A stretch of 19,099 bases of DNA from Candidatus Moanibacter sp. (GCA_965215885.1 CBDCEW010000007.1:1-19099); one strand, 5' to 3'. Counted from the stretch's first letter, positions 7,306 to 16,354 are shown. Notes: a model not told the origin generated them from the letters alone. Made by a program: numbers and translations.

Positions 7306-8289
7306 ATGATACAGCAGCTTCTGCAGATCGAACTCTATTTCCCCTGGTTTTTTCCGGCTTTGTTTTTTCTTGTCGGCGCGAACATCGGCAGTTTCTTGAA
7401 CGTCTGCATCCATCGCATTCCCATAGAAAAATCGATAGTCACACCCGGCTCTCATTGTGCGTGTGGAACTCCCATTGCCTGGTTCGACAATATACCGATA
7501 GTGAGCTGGTTTGTCCTCCGGGGAAGGGCCCGATGCTGTGGCCGCCGATTCGGCTTTCGCTATGCGGCGATTGAATTTCTCACCGCCGCACTCTTCCTCC
7601 TCTGTTGGATGCTCTTTCCTCCGGCGAAGGCGATCGGCGGAATGATCTTCTGCTCCATGATGATCTGCGTGACTTTCATCGATTTGGACCACATGATCAT
7701 ACCCGACCGCTTTTCCATCGGTGGATTCGTAGTTGGCGTTGGCGTCGCCGTGATGTGGCCCTCCCTGCACGGGTTCAGCGACGGAGTCTACATCGTAGAC
7801 AGTCTCCGTTCACTCATCAGCGCTTTACTGGGCGCATTTGTCGGCTCCTCACTTGTACTCTGGTTGGCGCTTCTTGCGGAAATGATCCTACGCAAGGAGG
7901 CGATGGGATTTGGCGATGTGAAACTGATGGGAGCGATCGGCGCATTCTGTGGTTGGCAGGGAGCGGTCTTCGCGATGTTCGGAGGGGCTGTAATCGGTAC
8001 TCTCGGGGTGTTCATCTATGTGCCATACCGTTTCCTTGCGCGTAAGATCGGAAGGAGAATGGACGGCCCGGGTGCTGACCCGGTCTCCGATGAAGGGGCA
8101 GAGGAAGATAGCGGTGCCGAAGGGGAAGGCGAGAGAGAAGCGGCAATGGATGATTCGTTCACCGTGATTGGACGGCACGTTCCTTTTGGGCCCATGTTGT
8201 CGACCGCGGGCATTCTCTATTTTTTCTATCTACACCGAGAAGTAGACGCCTACTTCGCCGAAATCGCAAAGATCTTGAATGAGTTTTGA
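7306..8289 (+). CDS. pilD: Prepilin peptidase/N-methyltransferase (A24 family)
   Basis: GSFLNVCIHRIP, Cys cluster SHCAC...GRARCC, IDLDHMIIPD, MGFGDVKL, VPFGPML. Confidence 0.93.
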   Translation: MIQQLLQIELYFPWFFPALFFLVGANIGSFLNVCIHRIPIEKSIVTPGSHCACGTPIAWFDNIPIVSWFVLRGRARCCGRRFGFRYAAIEFLTAALFLLCWMLFPPAKAIGGMIFCSMMICVTFIDLDHMIIPDRFSIGGFVVGVGVAVMWPSLHGFSDGVYIVDSLRSLISALLGAFVGSSLVLWLALLAEMILRKEAMGFGDVKLMGAIGAFCGWQGAVFAMFGGAVIGTLGVFIYVPYRFLARKIGRRMDGPGADPVSDEGAEEDSGAEGEGEREAAMDDSFTVIGRHVPFGPMLSTAGILYFFYLHREVDAYFAEIAKILNEF

Positions 8290-8298
8290 CGCTAGCCG

Positions 8299-10215
8299 GA
8301 CCTTATCCGAAAAGCTACTGATTGGCCGCAAAGAGGCGCAAAAGGCGCAAGAAAAACTTGAGAAAAATCATTTTGTGGCTTGATAAAAAGTGTCGCAACA
8401 TGCTAGTGTTTAGCAACCTAAGATTAAGAAAGGAGTTAAACATGCCAACATGTGCGACAGAGGAGAACAAAAGCGATAAGACGCCCCTTAGCAACCTCAT
8501 TCTGCCGGTTCCAGACACGGATTTCCGTGATTTTCTGGATGAAGTTGAAGAATTGGCCGGGTTCGCGCCGCAAATCATCGAGGCGATCGAGAAGGATCTG
8601 GACGCCCATGCGCGTGAGAAGAAGAAACTTCGATTGGAAGATCGCAGGTTCTTTGAAGGGCGCACAGCGGAGCTGCCGGAGCTGGACATCGAGGAGGAGA
8701 ATATTCTGGCTGCTGAATTGAATCTTGGGGCAGGCCGGCCGCGGATGCCGGCTTATGCGGTATACGTGTTCGTGATGATTCGAGGGTTTCTGGGTTCGTT
8801 GACCACGAAACCGGCACGGCGGTTTGTGCGCGAGTCGATGAGCTTGTACGGATTTTTGCAGAGCGGGGGACTGAGAATGCCGGCGGTGACGACGATTCTG
8901 GAGAACGTGAACCTGGTCAGCCATACGACCCGCGAGTTGATCTTTGATAAACAGATTGGGTTTATCCTCCAGGAGCAATGGGACGATTTCGGGAAGCTGA
9001 CGATCGACAGCACCTCGGTGAAAGCAAACAGCTGCTGGCCCACCGATGGGAAGATTCTGAGCGGTCTTTTGATGCGGGCCAATCGTTTGGGTCAGAAGTT
9101 GCATGTCTTCGGGCTGGAGGATTTTCGCAAGGGATGGGTTGGGCGTTGGCTGGAGGAAATGGACAAGCTGGAGTTTCAGATTTGTCTGGCCGCGGGCAAA
9201 CCGAAGTCGAAGGGCAAGCTGAAGAAACACTACCGGCGGTTGCTCAAGCGGGGCCGCAAGGCGGCCGACTCACTAACGGGGGAACTGAGCCATCTTGAAG
9301 AGGGCCTGTCGATGGATTCACTGCCTCCCACTCGCCGGGAGCTTCTGGAGCGGGCATTGAGCCAGATCAGGGGCGATATTGCCGACGCCAAGCGGGTTGT
9401 TGAGTATGCTCATGATCGGGTGTTTCACGAAAAGAAGCTACCGTCCACACAGAAGGTCCTGAGCCTCTCGGACGGATCGGCGGCCTACATCAAGAAGGGC
9501 AGCCGCAATCCAGTGATCGGGTACAAGCCACAACTGGTTCGCAGCGAAAACGGTTTTGTCACCAGCCTGATCGTACCGCAAGGCAACGCGGCAGACTCCA
9601 TTGAGCTGGCGCCGGCCATCGGCGATTCGATCAAGCGCACCGGTGTCATTGCTGAACTGGTCAGCACCGATGACGGATATGCTTCGGCGAAGGGACGCAA
9701 GGAGGTGCTGAGCATGGGGGTAAAGCAGATCAGTATCAGTGGGGCGAAGGGCAAGAAGTTGACCACCCCCGAGGACTGGGAGAGCGAGGCGTATCGCGAG
9801 GCACGCCGCGATCGCTCCGCAGTGGAGTCGCTGATGTTCACGATTAAAGATGGATTTGCCTTTGGCGAACTCGGCCGCCGCGGCATCGATGCGGTAGGCG
9901 ATGAACTGCTCGAGAAGGTTCTGGCCTACAACTTCTGCCGCATCATACTGATGAAGAAACGCCGAGGGGAGGAACTGGAACAGGCAGCCTGAATCTGACC
10001 GCTTTGAAGCTCAGAGAAAAAAGCACCACGGGATGAGTATGCCTCCAGACAGCGGCAAATATACGTATTGTGCAGCAAGCCACGCCGATGGCCGCTCAAT
10101 ACCTGCTCATCGGCAGCGCCGGCAGCCTAAAACCCGAAACCTGCCAGCCATAGGCTGGTCCGCCCGTGGCGGAGAACCTTAAACCGCCCGCTCGAAAGGC
10201 TTTTCGAATGGGGTC
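8299..10215 (+). mobile_element. Insertion sequence, ISNCY (ISDol1-like)/IS5-like DDE element (1917 bp)
   Basis: TIRs GACCTTATCCGAAAAGC (8299-8315) and GACCCCATTCGAAAAGC (reverse complement of 10199-10215), 14/17 match. Perfect 6-bp target duplication TAGCCG (8293-8298 and 10216-10221). Confidence 0.9.
8442..9992 (+). CDS. DDE transposase (ISNCY-like), 516 aa
   Basis: IDSTSVKANSCWPTD, STDDGYAS and RSAVESLMFTIK supply the D-D-E triad. AAGGAG precedes ATG 8442, favouring it over the 8322 start. The family assignment is by motif recall. Confidence 0.85.
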   Translation: MPTCATEENKSDKTPLSNLILPVPDTDFRDFLDEVEELAGFAPQIIEAIEKDLDAHAREKKKLRLEDRRFFEGRTAELPELDIEEENILAAELNLGAGRPRMPAYAVYVFVMIRGFLGSLTTKPARRFVRESMSLYGFLQSGGLRMPAVTTILENVNLVSHTTRELIFDKQIGFILQEQWDDFGKLTIDSTSVKANSCWPTDGKILSGLLMRANRLGQKLHVFGLEDFRKGWVGRWLEEMDKLEFQICLAAGKPKSKGKLKKHYRRLLKRGRKAADSLTGELSHLEEGLSMDSLPPTRRELLERALSQIRGDIADAKRVVEYAHDRVFHEKKLPSTQKVLSLSDGSAAYIKKGSRNPVIGYKPQLVRSENGFVTSLIVPQGNAADSIELAPAIGDSIKRTGVIAELVSTDDGYASAKGRKEVLSMGVKQISISGAKGKKLTTPEDWESEAYREARRDRSAVESLMFTIKDGFAFGELGRRGIDAVGDELLEKVLAYNFCRIILMKKRRGEELEQAA

Positions 10216-10298
10216 TAGCCGGGACATTTCACAAATCTTCTGCTACGGTCCCGGGAAGCCGGGATCTCGCTACGAATTGTGTGAAATGTCCGGGCTAG
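10215..10298. repeat. MITE-like repeat copy A (about 84 bp; left tip at 8292-8298 displaced by the IS)
   Basis: CTAGCCGGGACATTTCACA...TGTGAAATGTCCGGGCTAG terminal inverted repeat with a central hairpin TCCCGGGAAGCCGGGA (10249-10264). Confidence 0.85.
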
Positions 10299-10327
10299 GA
10301 ATCAGTCGGACTGTGTCCGAGCACCTG

Positions 10328-10560
10328 TTTAGCGTATCTGAGGCTGCCCCGGTCTTGTGCCGGGGTGGCGCACTATATACGGCTACAATACGCGATTGTC
10401 ACCGTGCACCCCTCGACCGGTCCTTTCTCGTCCCAGCCGGAAAACGGTTGGGACGAGAAAGGACCGGTCGAGGGGTTGGTAGAGGCACACGGTTTATGGC
10501 AGGGAACGCGCGCCACCCCGGCACAAGACCGGGGCAGCCAGCAATCAAAGGCACGCTAAA
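10328..10560. repeat. Nested inverted-repeat element (REPIN/MITE/structured RNA-like)
   Basis: A perfect 30-bp inverted repeat (10342-10371 / 10510-10539) encloses a 32-bp stem (10408-10439 / 10445-10476) with one G-T pair. Short extra pairings: 10401-10406/10488-10493 and 10328-10335/10553-10560. Confidence 0.85.
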
Positions 10561-10567
10561 AACATAC

Positions 10568-11638
10568 TTGCCCGATAGGCTGCTATCACGGATTTGGCGC
10601 GCTTCATTCCGATTGAGTCTGCAAGCATGGGTTCTCCTGGTCGCCTCATTGGCGAGCACTGTTTTGGGCCAGGAAAAGTTGGTGTGGCCCACTCCCAATA
10701 CCGCCTTTAGAGAGGGTAAACCTCCCCACACGTTCATTCAGCCGACTGAAAAAGGCACAGTGGAGTCCGGCCTCTTCGGGTGTGTTCGGAACGACGGAAC
10801 CCGGTTTCACGAGGGTATTGATCTGAATGCCGTTTCTCGAACCGGTAAAGGGGAGGCGGCGGATCCCATTTTCGCCGTCATGGACGGACGAGTTGTCTAC
10901 ATTAATCGTTCCGCGGGAAAGAGCAGTTACGGTCGCTACCTCGTGATCGAGCACGTTGCTTCGGAGCCGGCCGTGCACTCTCTCTATGCGCATCTGAATG
11001 AATTCAGGGCAGGATTGAAAAAGGGCATGAGGGTAAAAGCCGGTGATGTCCTGGGGACCATGGGGAGGTCCGCAGGAGGTTACCGGATACCCAGAAAGCG
11101 CGCGCATCTACATTTTGAAATGGGTCTCAGACTTACCGATGATTTTCAGAAATGGTACGATGGAAGGAATTTCGATGAGCCCAACGATCATGGGATCTGG
11201 AACGGGCAAAACCTGCTTGGTTTCGACCCACTGGGCTACTACCGGAAGTATAGGGAAGGAGGGTTCAAGCAACCGAGGCAATTCCTTATCGGGATTCCGA
11301 CAGCCTTTACGGTGCGGATTGAGACGAATAGAATTCCCAATTTCATTCAGCGCTATCCTGAATTGTTGAGCCACCCCTTGCCTTCGAGCGGGGTGGTTGC
11401 CTGGGATATCGATTTCTCCTCCTTCGGCCTTCCCAAGCGGTGGTCGCCTATCGGAAGTAGCTTGGCGAGAGGGAAGGTGGGCAGGGGGAAGATCATTCTT
11501 CGAAAGGTGCATGGGTCAGCGCTGCAACGGCGCAAATGCCGGGAGACTATCAGCTCAACTTCGAGGGGCCATCGCATCGACGACGGTGTTATTGAGGTTC
11601 TGGAGATCATATTTGGTGAGGATTCTGTCGGACGCTGA
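10568..11638 (+). CDS. M23 family metallopeptidase, secreted
   Basis: Zn ligands HEGID and HLH, YGRYLVIEH, SLYAHL, VKAGDVLGTMG, and a hydrophobic signal-like stretch before LVWPTP. The start is uncertain (in-frame TTG at 10568 or 10613). The ORF-track start at 10166 lies inside the IS. Confidence 0.85.
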   Translation: MPDRLLSRIWRASFRLSLQAWVLLVASLASTVLGQEKLVWPTPNTAFREGKPPHTFIQPTEKGTVESGLFGCVRNDGTRFHEGIDLNAVSRTGKGEAADPIFAVMDGRVVYINRSAGKSSYGRYLVIEHVASEPAVHSLYAHLNEFRAGLKKGMRVKAGDVLGTMGRSAGGYRIPRKRAHLHFEMGLRLTDDFQKWYDGRNFDEPNDHGIWNGQNLLGFDPLGYYRKYREGGFKQPRQFLIGIPTAFTVRIETNRIPNFIQRYPELLSHPLPSSGVVAWDIDFSSFGLPKRWSPIGSSLARGKVGRGKIILRKVHGSALQRRKCRETISSTSRGHRIDDGVIEVLEIIFGEDSVGR

Positions 11639-11710
11639 GTCCGACAGAATGCTAATCCATGGAACTTCCTTCTTGAATGAGTGTTCTCCCTTACAACACA
11701 TCCGGTGCGC

Positions 11711-11861
11711 CTAGCCCGAACATATCACAAATCTTCTTCTACGACGACGGATCTCAACGCCTGTCAATGCCTTCCCTTGCCCGGTGACATCAGAGGGTTT
11801 CAACACACTGTTCCCGGCTTGCCGGGATCTCGCTACGAAGTGCGTGAAATGTCCGGGCTAG
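11711..11861. repeat. MITE-like repeat copy B (151 bp)
   Basis: CTAGCCCGAACATATCACA...CGTGAAATGTCCGGGCTAG, with palindrome TCCCGGCTTGCCGGGA at 11812-11827. Confidence 0.85.
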
Positions 11862-11865
11862 ACTG

Positions 11866-12963
11866 ATGGTAAAATCAAACACAGAGGAAATCGTTCGCAA
11901 AGCTCCCAAAGTGCAGCTGCACGATCATCTCGACGGCGGTCTGAGGGCTCAGACGGTTATCGATCTTGCCGAGGACGCTGGTTACGACGGTCTACCCACG
12001 AAAGACCCCGAGGAATTGGCGGAGTGGTTTCATCGAGGTGCGAATAAAGGTAATCTCGTCGAATACCTTGAGGGATTCGATCATACTGTCGCGGTCATGC
12101 AAACTGAGGAGGCCATCGAACGGGTGGCCTACGAGATGATGGAGGATATGCGAAAGGACGGCGTTATTTACATCGAGACTCGTTTTTCCCCGGTTCTACT
12201 CACGCAGAGGGGGCTTTATTATGAAGACATTATAAACTCGGCTCTGTGCGGACTGGAGCGAGGGAAAGAAGACTTCGGGGTCGGCTTCGGGCTTATCCTC
12301 TGTGGCATGCGCGACATGCGAAAATCACTCGAAGTCGCTGAACTCGCGGTGAATTATCGGAACCAGGGAGTGGTTGGATTCGATCTGGCCGGAGAGGAGG
12401 GAGGCTTCCCCCCGAAAGAACATTTAGAGGCCTTCCAATTCATCAAGAGGGAGAATTTCAATATCACGATTCATGCCGGCGAGGCATTCGGCAAGCAGTC
12501 AATCTGGCAGGCCATTCAGTATTGCGGCGCCCATCGAATCGGGCACGCCACACGTCTCATCGAGGATATTGCTTACGATAGGGAAGGCAATGCGGTTTCC
12601 CTCGGTGACCTCGCGCAATATATTATCGATAGACGAATTCCGCTGGAAATCTGTCTGTTGAGCAACCTCCATACCGGTGCAATCGATCGGCTCGAAAGGC
12701 ACCCCTTTAAGGACCTCTACCGGATGGGATTTCGTGTCTTTCTCAATACAGATGACCGGCTCATGAGTGATACCACTCTCACTAAGGAATATCTCACCGC
12801 CTCCGACCTGTTCGACATCACTGTCGACGATATGGAACGGCTCAATCTCAATGCCATAAAATCGGCTTTCTGCCATCACGATGAGAAGCTCCACTATCTC
12901 TACAAGGTGATCAAACCCGGCTATCAAACGGTGAGGGAGGAGCTTCTCTCTCTCAAGGTGTAA
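11866..12963 (+). CDS. add: Adenosine deaminase
   Basis: PKVQLHDHLDGGLR, GFDLAGEE, TIHAGE, RIGH, LEICLLSN, NTDD. Confidence 0.93.
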   Translation: MVKSNTEEIVRKAPKVQLHDHLDGGLRAQTVIDLAEDAGYDGLPTKDPEELAEWFHRGANKGNLVEYLEGFDHTVAVMQTEEAIERVAYEMMEDMRKDGVIYIETRFSPVLLTQRGLYYEDIINSALCGLERGKEDFGVGFGLILCGMRDMRKSLEVAELAVNYRNQGVVGFDLAGEEGGFPPKEHLEAFQFIKRENFNITIHAGEAFGKQSIWQAIQYCGAHRIGHATRLIEDIAYDREGNAVSLGDLAQYIIDRRIPLEICLLSNLHTGAIDRLERHPFKDLYRMGFRVFLNTDDRLMSDTTLTKEYLTASDLFDITVDDMERLNLNAIKSAFCHHDEKLHYLYKVIKPGYQTVREELLSLKV

Positions 12964-13047
12964 GGATTCATTTTCCTTTTTCTAAGGCCCTCAGGCCTGC
13001 CGGGTTTGTCCCGCCTTGCTATCGACCCGATGGCGCCTCCACATGGG

Positions 13048-15519
13048 CTATGCTTGTTTGTCAGACACGACACTAATTGGCTTGTTTGGAACGCTGTTGA
13101 GGGCTTTCGCAAGTTCATCCACTCGTACGGGTTTATTGACAAAATCGTCCATTCCGGCGCCAAAGCAGGCATCACGGTCTTTTTTCGTTATTGCCGCCGT
13201 CATGGCAATAATGTGTGGCTGGCTCTCCTCAACGAATTCTCTTCGAATTCTTTGCGTCGCATCGAGTCCATTCAGCTCGGGCATGTGCATATCCATCAGA
13301 ATTACGTCGTAGTGCTTCCTCTCGAGGGCCTCAATGGCTTCGAGACCGTTTGAGACCAGGTCGGCGCTGTAACCCATTCTCTTGAGGAGCAGAATCGCGA
13401 CTTTCTGATTCACCAGATTATCCTCCGCCAGAAGAATGTTGAGGGGTCTCTTTGCTGTACTATTGTCGGCGAATATGGGAGACGCGCTACGGCGCAACTT
13501 AAGCATGTCCGAGAGGGGATTGAATTCCTTGATGATGGCATTGTAGAGAGCCGAGTGCTTTATCGGTTTGGTGACAACAGAGGATATATTGAGCCTCTCG
13601 GTGTCCTGCAATACCGCTCTCTTGCCGACCGGCGTTAGAAGAATGATGGAAAAATCGGCATGTCCGTTCAGCCGCCGAATTTTTGAAATGAGAGTCAAGC
13701 CATCCATTTCGGGCATGAATTGATCGATAATGGCGAGGTCGAATGGTCTGTCATCCTCCATCAATTCGAGCGCCTCTTTGCCAGAGGAAGCGGTTACCGT
13801 CGTCATTTGCCAGTTAGTGACCAGGCCCGAAAGGTTGCGCTGATTCGACAGATTGTCGTCCACGATCAGAACCCACTTTCCTTCAAAACCGGTCAGATCG
13901 AGTCCGGAGAATTCCCTTTCTCCGTCAAGCTTGAATGTAATCGTGAAACTGAAAGCCGAACCCTTTCCTTCCTCGCTCTTGAACCACATATTGCCTCCCA
14001 TGAGATTGCACAGGCGTTTGCTGATAGCCAGTCCCAGACCGGTCCCGCCGAAGCGCCGCGTAGTGGAGGCGTCGATCTGTGAAAAGGGTTGAAAAAGCCG
14101 GTTTCTGCGGTTGATGGGAATGCCGATCCCTGTGTCGACTACAGTGAAGAGGAGGCAGTAATCGTCGTTTGATTCCCGATCGACGCGAACCGAGATCTCA
14201 ATTTCGCCCACGTCGGTGAATTTGACCGCGTTTCCGACGAGGTTCACCAGGATTTGCCGCAAACGTGTGGGATCCCCCAGGAGGTTGCCATTGACCTGAT
14301 CGTCGATATCGAGGATCAGCTCCAGACTTTTCTCGCTGGCCTTGGAAGCGAAGAGATCGAGAATGTCTTCAAGTTGGCTATTGAGGTTAAATGGGATTTC
14401 CTCGAATTCGAGCTGGCCCGCTTCGATCTTTGAGAGATCAAGGATATCGTTGATTATTGAGAGTAGGCCTTCACTGCTCGAGCGGATCGTTTCGACGAAG
14501 TCTTGTTGCTGGAGGGAGAGTTTGGTATCGGCGAGGAGAGTAGTCATCCCAAGGACGGCGTTCATAGGAGTGCGAATCTCGTGGCTCATATTCGCGAGAA
14601 ACTCGCTTTTGGCCTGATTGGCGCTAGCCGCCTCCATCGCCATCTGGTTGGCGCGGGCGATGGAGGTTTCAAGCTGCGCGTTTATGTCTACAAGCCTGGC
14701 GTTTAGCTCCTCCGCTTTCTTTCCTGCCAGTCGGGCCTCTTCCTCCGCCCGTTTTCGTTCAGAAATATCAATCGAGGAGACGAAGATTTTAGCCCAAGTA
14801 TCCTCGTAGCCCGGGGCGATTGAGAGTTGAAGAAAGGAGTCGATACGCTCGCCGTCAAGTGCCTGACCGACGAATTCACTCTCGAATTTTGTATTACCTT
14901 CGGCCAGCGCAAGCAGCTCTTCCCTGAGGACTTCCATTGACCCTTCATTCATGATCGAAGCGAGACCTTCGATAAAGACTCTCTTACTTTTGGCACGATG
15001 AAAATCGATCGTGGCCTGGTTCACGTCGATGATTTTGATCAGGGTGGAGCACTGCTTCACGACTTCAGGGTGCTTTTTCATGTGTGATCGAAGATCGGTC
15101 ACTCCAGAATCGCGCAGCTTGCTCAAGTAAAACTTTACATCAGAGAAATCCTCCTCCCAGAGGGAGATCGGAGAGTCTTCAAAAATCCCTCGATAGCGTG
15201 CCTCGCTCTCGGCGATTTCGGTGGCTGTCGGACCCTCCCGGGAATCGCTCTGGTGACCCGCCAAGTCTTCCGATAAAGCACCAGCTCTCACTCGTTTCTG
15301 TTCGAAAAGCCTGATAGCGCGGCTCCCACAGAGTGAGTATGCCCCAAACCCTGCGAGGTTGAGTACCGAAAACAAAACGAAACACACCACTTCGCTGTAG
15401 ATCCCCGCTGCATATCCCTGCAAAGTCACCAGCCCGGTGAGGCTGGGGAGGAGCACGGCTACAGCAAGGAATCCGCGCAGGGGAAACCCACCCGCCCGTC
15501 CACTAGCGAGACTCTCCAT
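13048..15519 (-). CDS. Hybrid sensor histidine kinase/response regulator (2 TM, PAS, HisKA, HATPase_c, 2 REC)
   Basis: H-box [15 protein letters not shown]-box [30 protein letters not shown], receiver motifs [13 protein letters not shown] and [15 protein letters not shown] start [17 protein letters not shown]. Confidence 0.93.
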   Translation of the reverse strand: MESLASGRAGGFPLRGFLAVAVLLPSLTGLVTLQGYAAGIYSEVVCFVLFSVLNLAGFGAYSLCGSRAIRLFEQKRVRAGALSEDLAGHQSDSREGPTATEIAESEARYRGIFEDSPISLWEEDFSDVKFYLSKLRDSGVTDLRSHMKKHPEVVKQCSTLIKIIDVNQATIDFHRAKSKRVFIEGLASIMNEGSMEVLREELLALAEGNTKFESEFVGQALDGERIDSFLQLSIAPGYEDTWAKIFVSSIDISERKRAEEEARLAGKKAEELNARLVDINAQLETSIARANQMAMEAASANQAKSEFLANMSHEIRTPMNAVLGMTTLLADTKLSLQQQDFVETIRSSSEGLLSIINDILDLSKIEAGQLEFEEIPFNLNSQLEDILDLFASKASEKSLELILDIDDQVNGNLLGDPTRLRQILVNLVGNAVKFTDVGEIEISVRVDRESNDDYCLLFTVVDTGIGIPINRRNRLFQPFSQIDASTTRRFGGTGLGLAISKRLCNLMGGNMWFKSEEGKGSAFSFTITFKLDGEREFSGLDLTGFEGKWVLIVDDNLSNQRNLSGLVTNWQMTTVTASSGKEALELMEDDRPFDLAIIDQFMPEMDGLTLISKIRRLNGHADFSIILLTPVGKRAVLQDTERLNISSVVTKPIKHSALYNAIIKEFNPLSDMLKLRRSASPIFADNSTAKRPLNILLAEDNLVNQKVAILLLKRMGYSADLVSNGLEAIEALERKHYDVILMDMHMPELNGLDATQRIRREFVEESQPHIIAMTAAITKKDRDACFGAGMDDFVNKPVRVDELAKALNSVPNKPISVVSDKQA

Positions 15520-15577
15520 GAAGCTATTTACGGATGTTCATCAGCTTGGATAAAGGAAATGATCTCCCTGAACCCTT

Positions 15578-15748
15578 CCAGCCCGAACATTTCACAAACC
15601 TTCTGCTACGATCCCGGCTTGCCGGGACGACCTCAGAGGGTCACAACACACTGTTCCCGGCTTGCCGGGACTTCGGAAAGGCATTGACACGCAGCGATTC
15701 CCGGCGCGCCGGGATCTCGCTACGAAGTGTGTGAAATGTCCGGGCTAG
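15578..15748. repeat. MITE-like repeat copy C (171 bp) with three internal palindromes
   Basis: CCAGCCCGAACATTTCACA...TGTGAAATGTCCGGGCTAG, with TCCCGGCNNGCCGGGA at 15612-15627, 15655-15670 and 15699-15714. Confidence 0.88.
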
Positions 15749-15826
15749 TGTTCTCGGAAGTTTGTGAGAAAAGCGGGCTTACAGAATTCAGTTTCCTTTT
15801 CAGCGGCTCTTAGTCACATTTGTTCT

Positions 15827-16354
15827 GTGATAAGAATCGGCGTCATCAATATTTCCGACCGAGCTAGCGCCGGCGTTTATGAAGACATTCCCGGCAAGGC
15901 CGCTATCGAGCTCTTTAGATCGTACCTCGCTTCTTCCTGGGAGTCTGAGTACGCTGTCATACCCGATGAGCAGGAGCTCATCGAAAAGACTCTTATGGAA
16001 TTCGCCGATGAAAAGGATTGCTGCCTAATCGTGACTACGGGCGGGACCGGTCCGGCCCCCCGAGACGTTACTCCCGAAGCCACAGAGGCAGTCTGCCATA
16101 CGTTGTTGCCAGGGTTCGGAGAGCTCATGCGCGCCACTTCCCTCGAGTTTGTCCCCACCGCTATTCTCTCTCGCCAGTTGGCCGGGATTCGCAACCGGAC
16201 CCTCATCCTTAACCTCCCCGGGAAACCCAAAGCGATAAAGGAGTGCCTCGACGCGGTCTTCCCCGCCATCCCTTATTGCATCGACCTCATCGGTGGTCCC
16301 TATCTCGAAGCGGATGAATCCGTTATCGAAGTATTCCGACCCAGACAGGAGTAA
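15827..16354 (+). CDS. mog: Molybdopterin adenylyltransferase MogA
   Basis: IGVINISDRASAGVYED, TTGGTGPAPRDVTPEAT, PTAILSRQ, NLPGKPKAI, AIPYCIDL. The GTG at 15827 fits the family N-terminus; 15764 is an alternative start. Confidence 0.92.
   Translation: MIRIGVINISDRASAGVYEDIPGKAAIELFRSYLASSWESEYAVIPDEQELIEKTLMEFADEKDCCLIVTTGGTGPAPRDVTPEATEAVCHTLLPGFGELMRATSLEFVPTAILSRQLAGIRNRTLILNLPGKPKAIKECLDAVFPAIPYCIDLIGGPYLEADESVIEVFRPRQE

Noticed and set aside
8322..8441. Basic N-terminal extension (MAAKRRKRRKK) of the transposase
   Set aside because: It derives from a short AGGCGCAA tandem repeat in the IS left end. The SD supports ATG 8442.
10166..10567. N-terminal 134 aa of the 490-aa M23 ORF
   Set aside because: It is translated through the IS end, the MITE and the palindrome. 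The signal-peptide-like segment begins only after about 10568.
11681..11866. Short ORFs 11681-11866 and 15534-15734
   Set aside because: These are read-throughs of MITE copies; shared peptide words such as PGSRYE reflect the DNA repeat.
15684..15712. MITE-borne promoter from TTGACA facing mog
   Set aside because: There is no -10 element at 16-18 nt spacing; the GC-rich hairpin occupies that position.
15612..15714. CRISPR array
   Set aside because: The repeats are only 16 bp, there are three units, they are enclosed by TIRs, the spacers recur in a sister element, and there are no cas genes in the window.
5535..16354. Purine/pyrimidine catabolic cluster (NCS1 + add + mog)
   Set aside because: The genes are far apart, on different strands and separated by unrelated genes, so there is no operon evidence.
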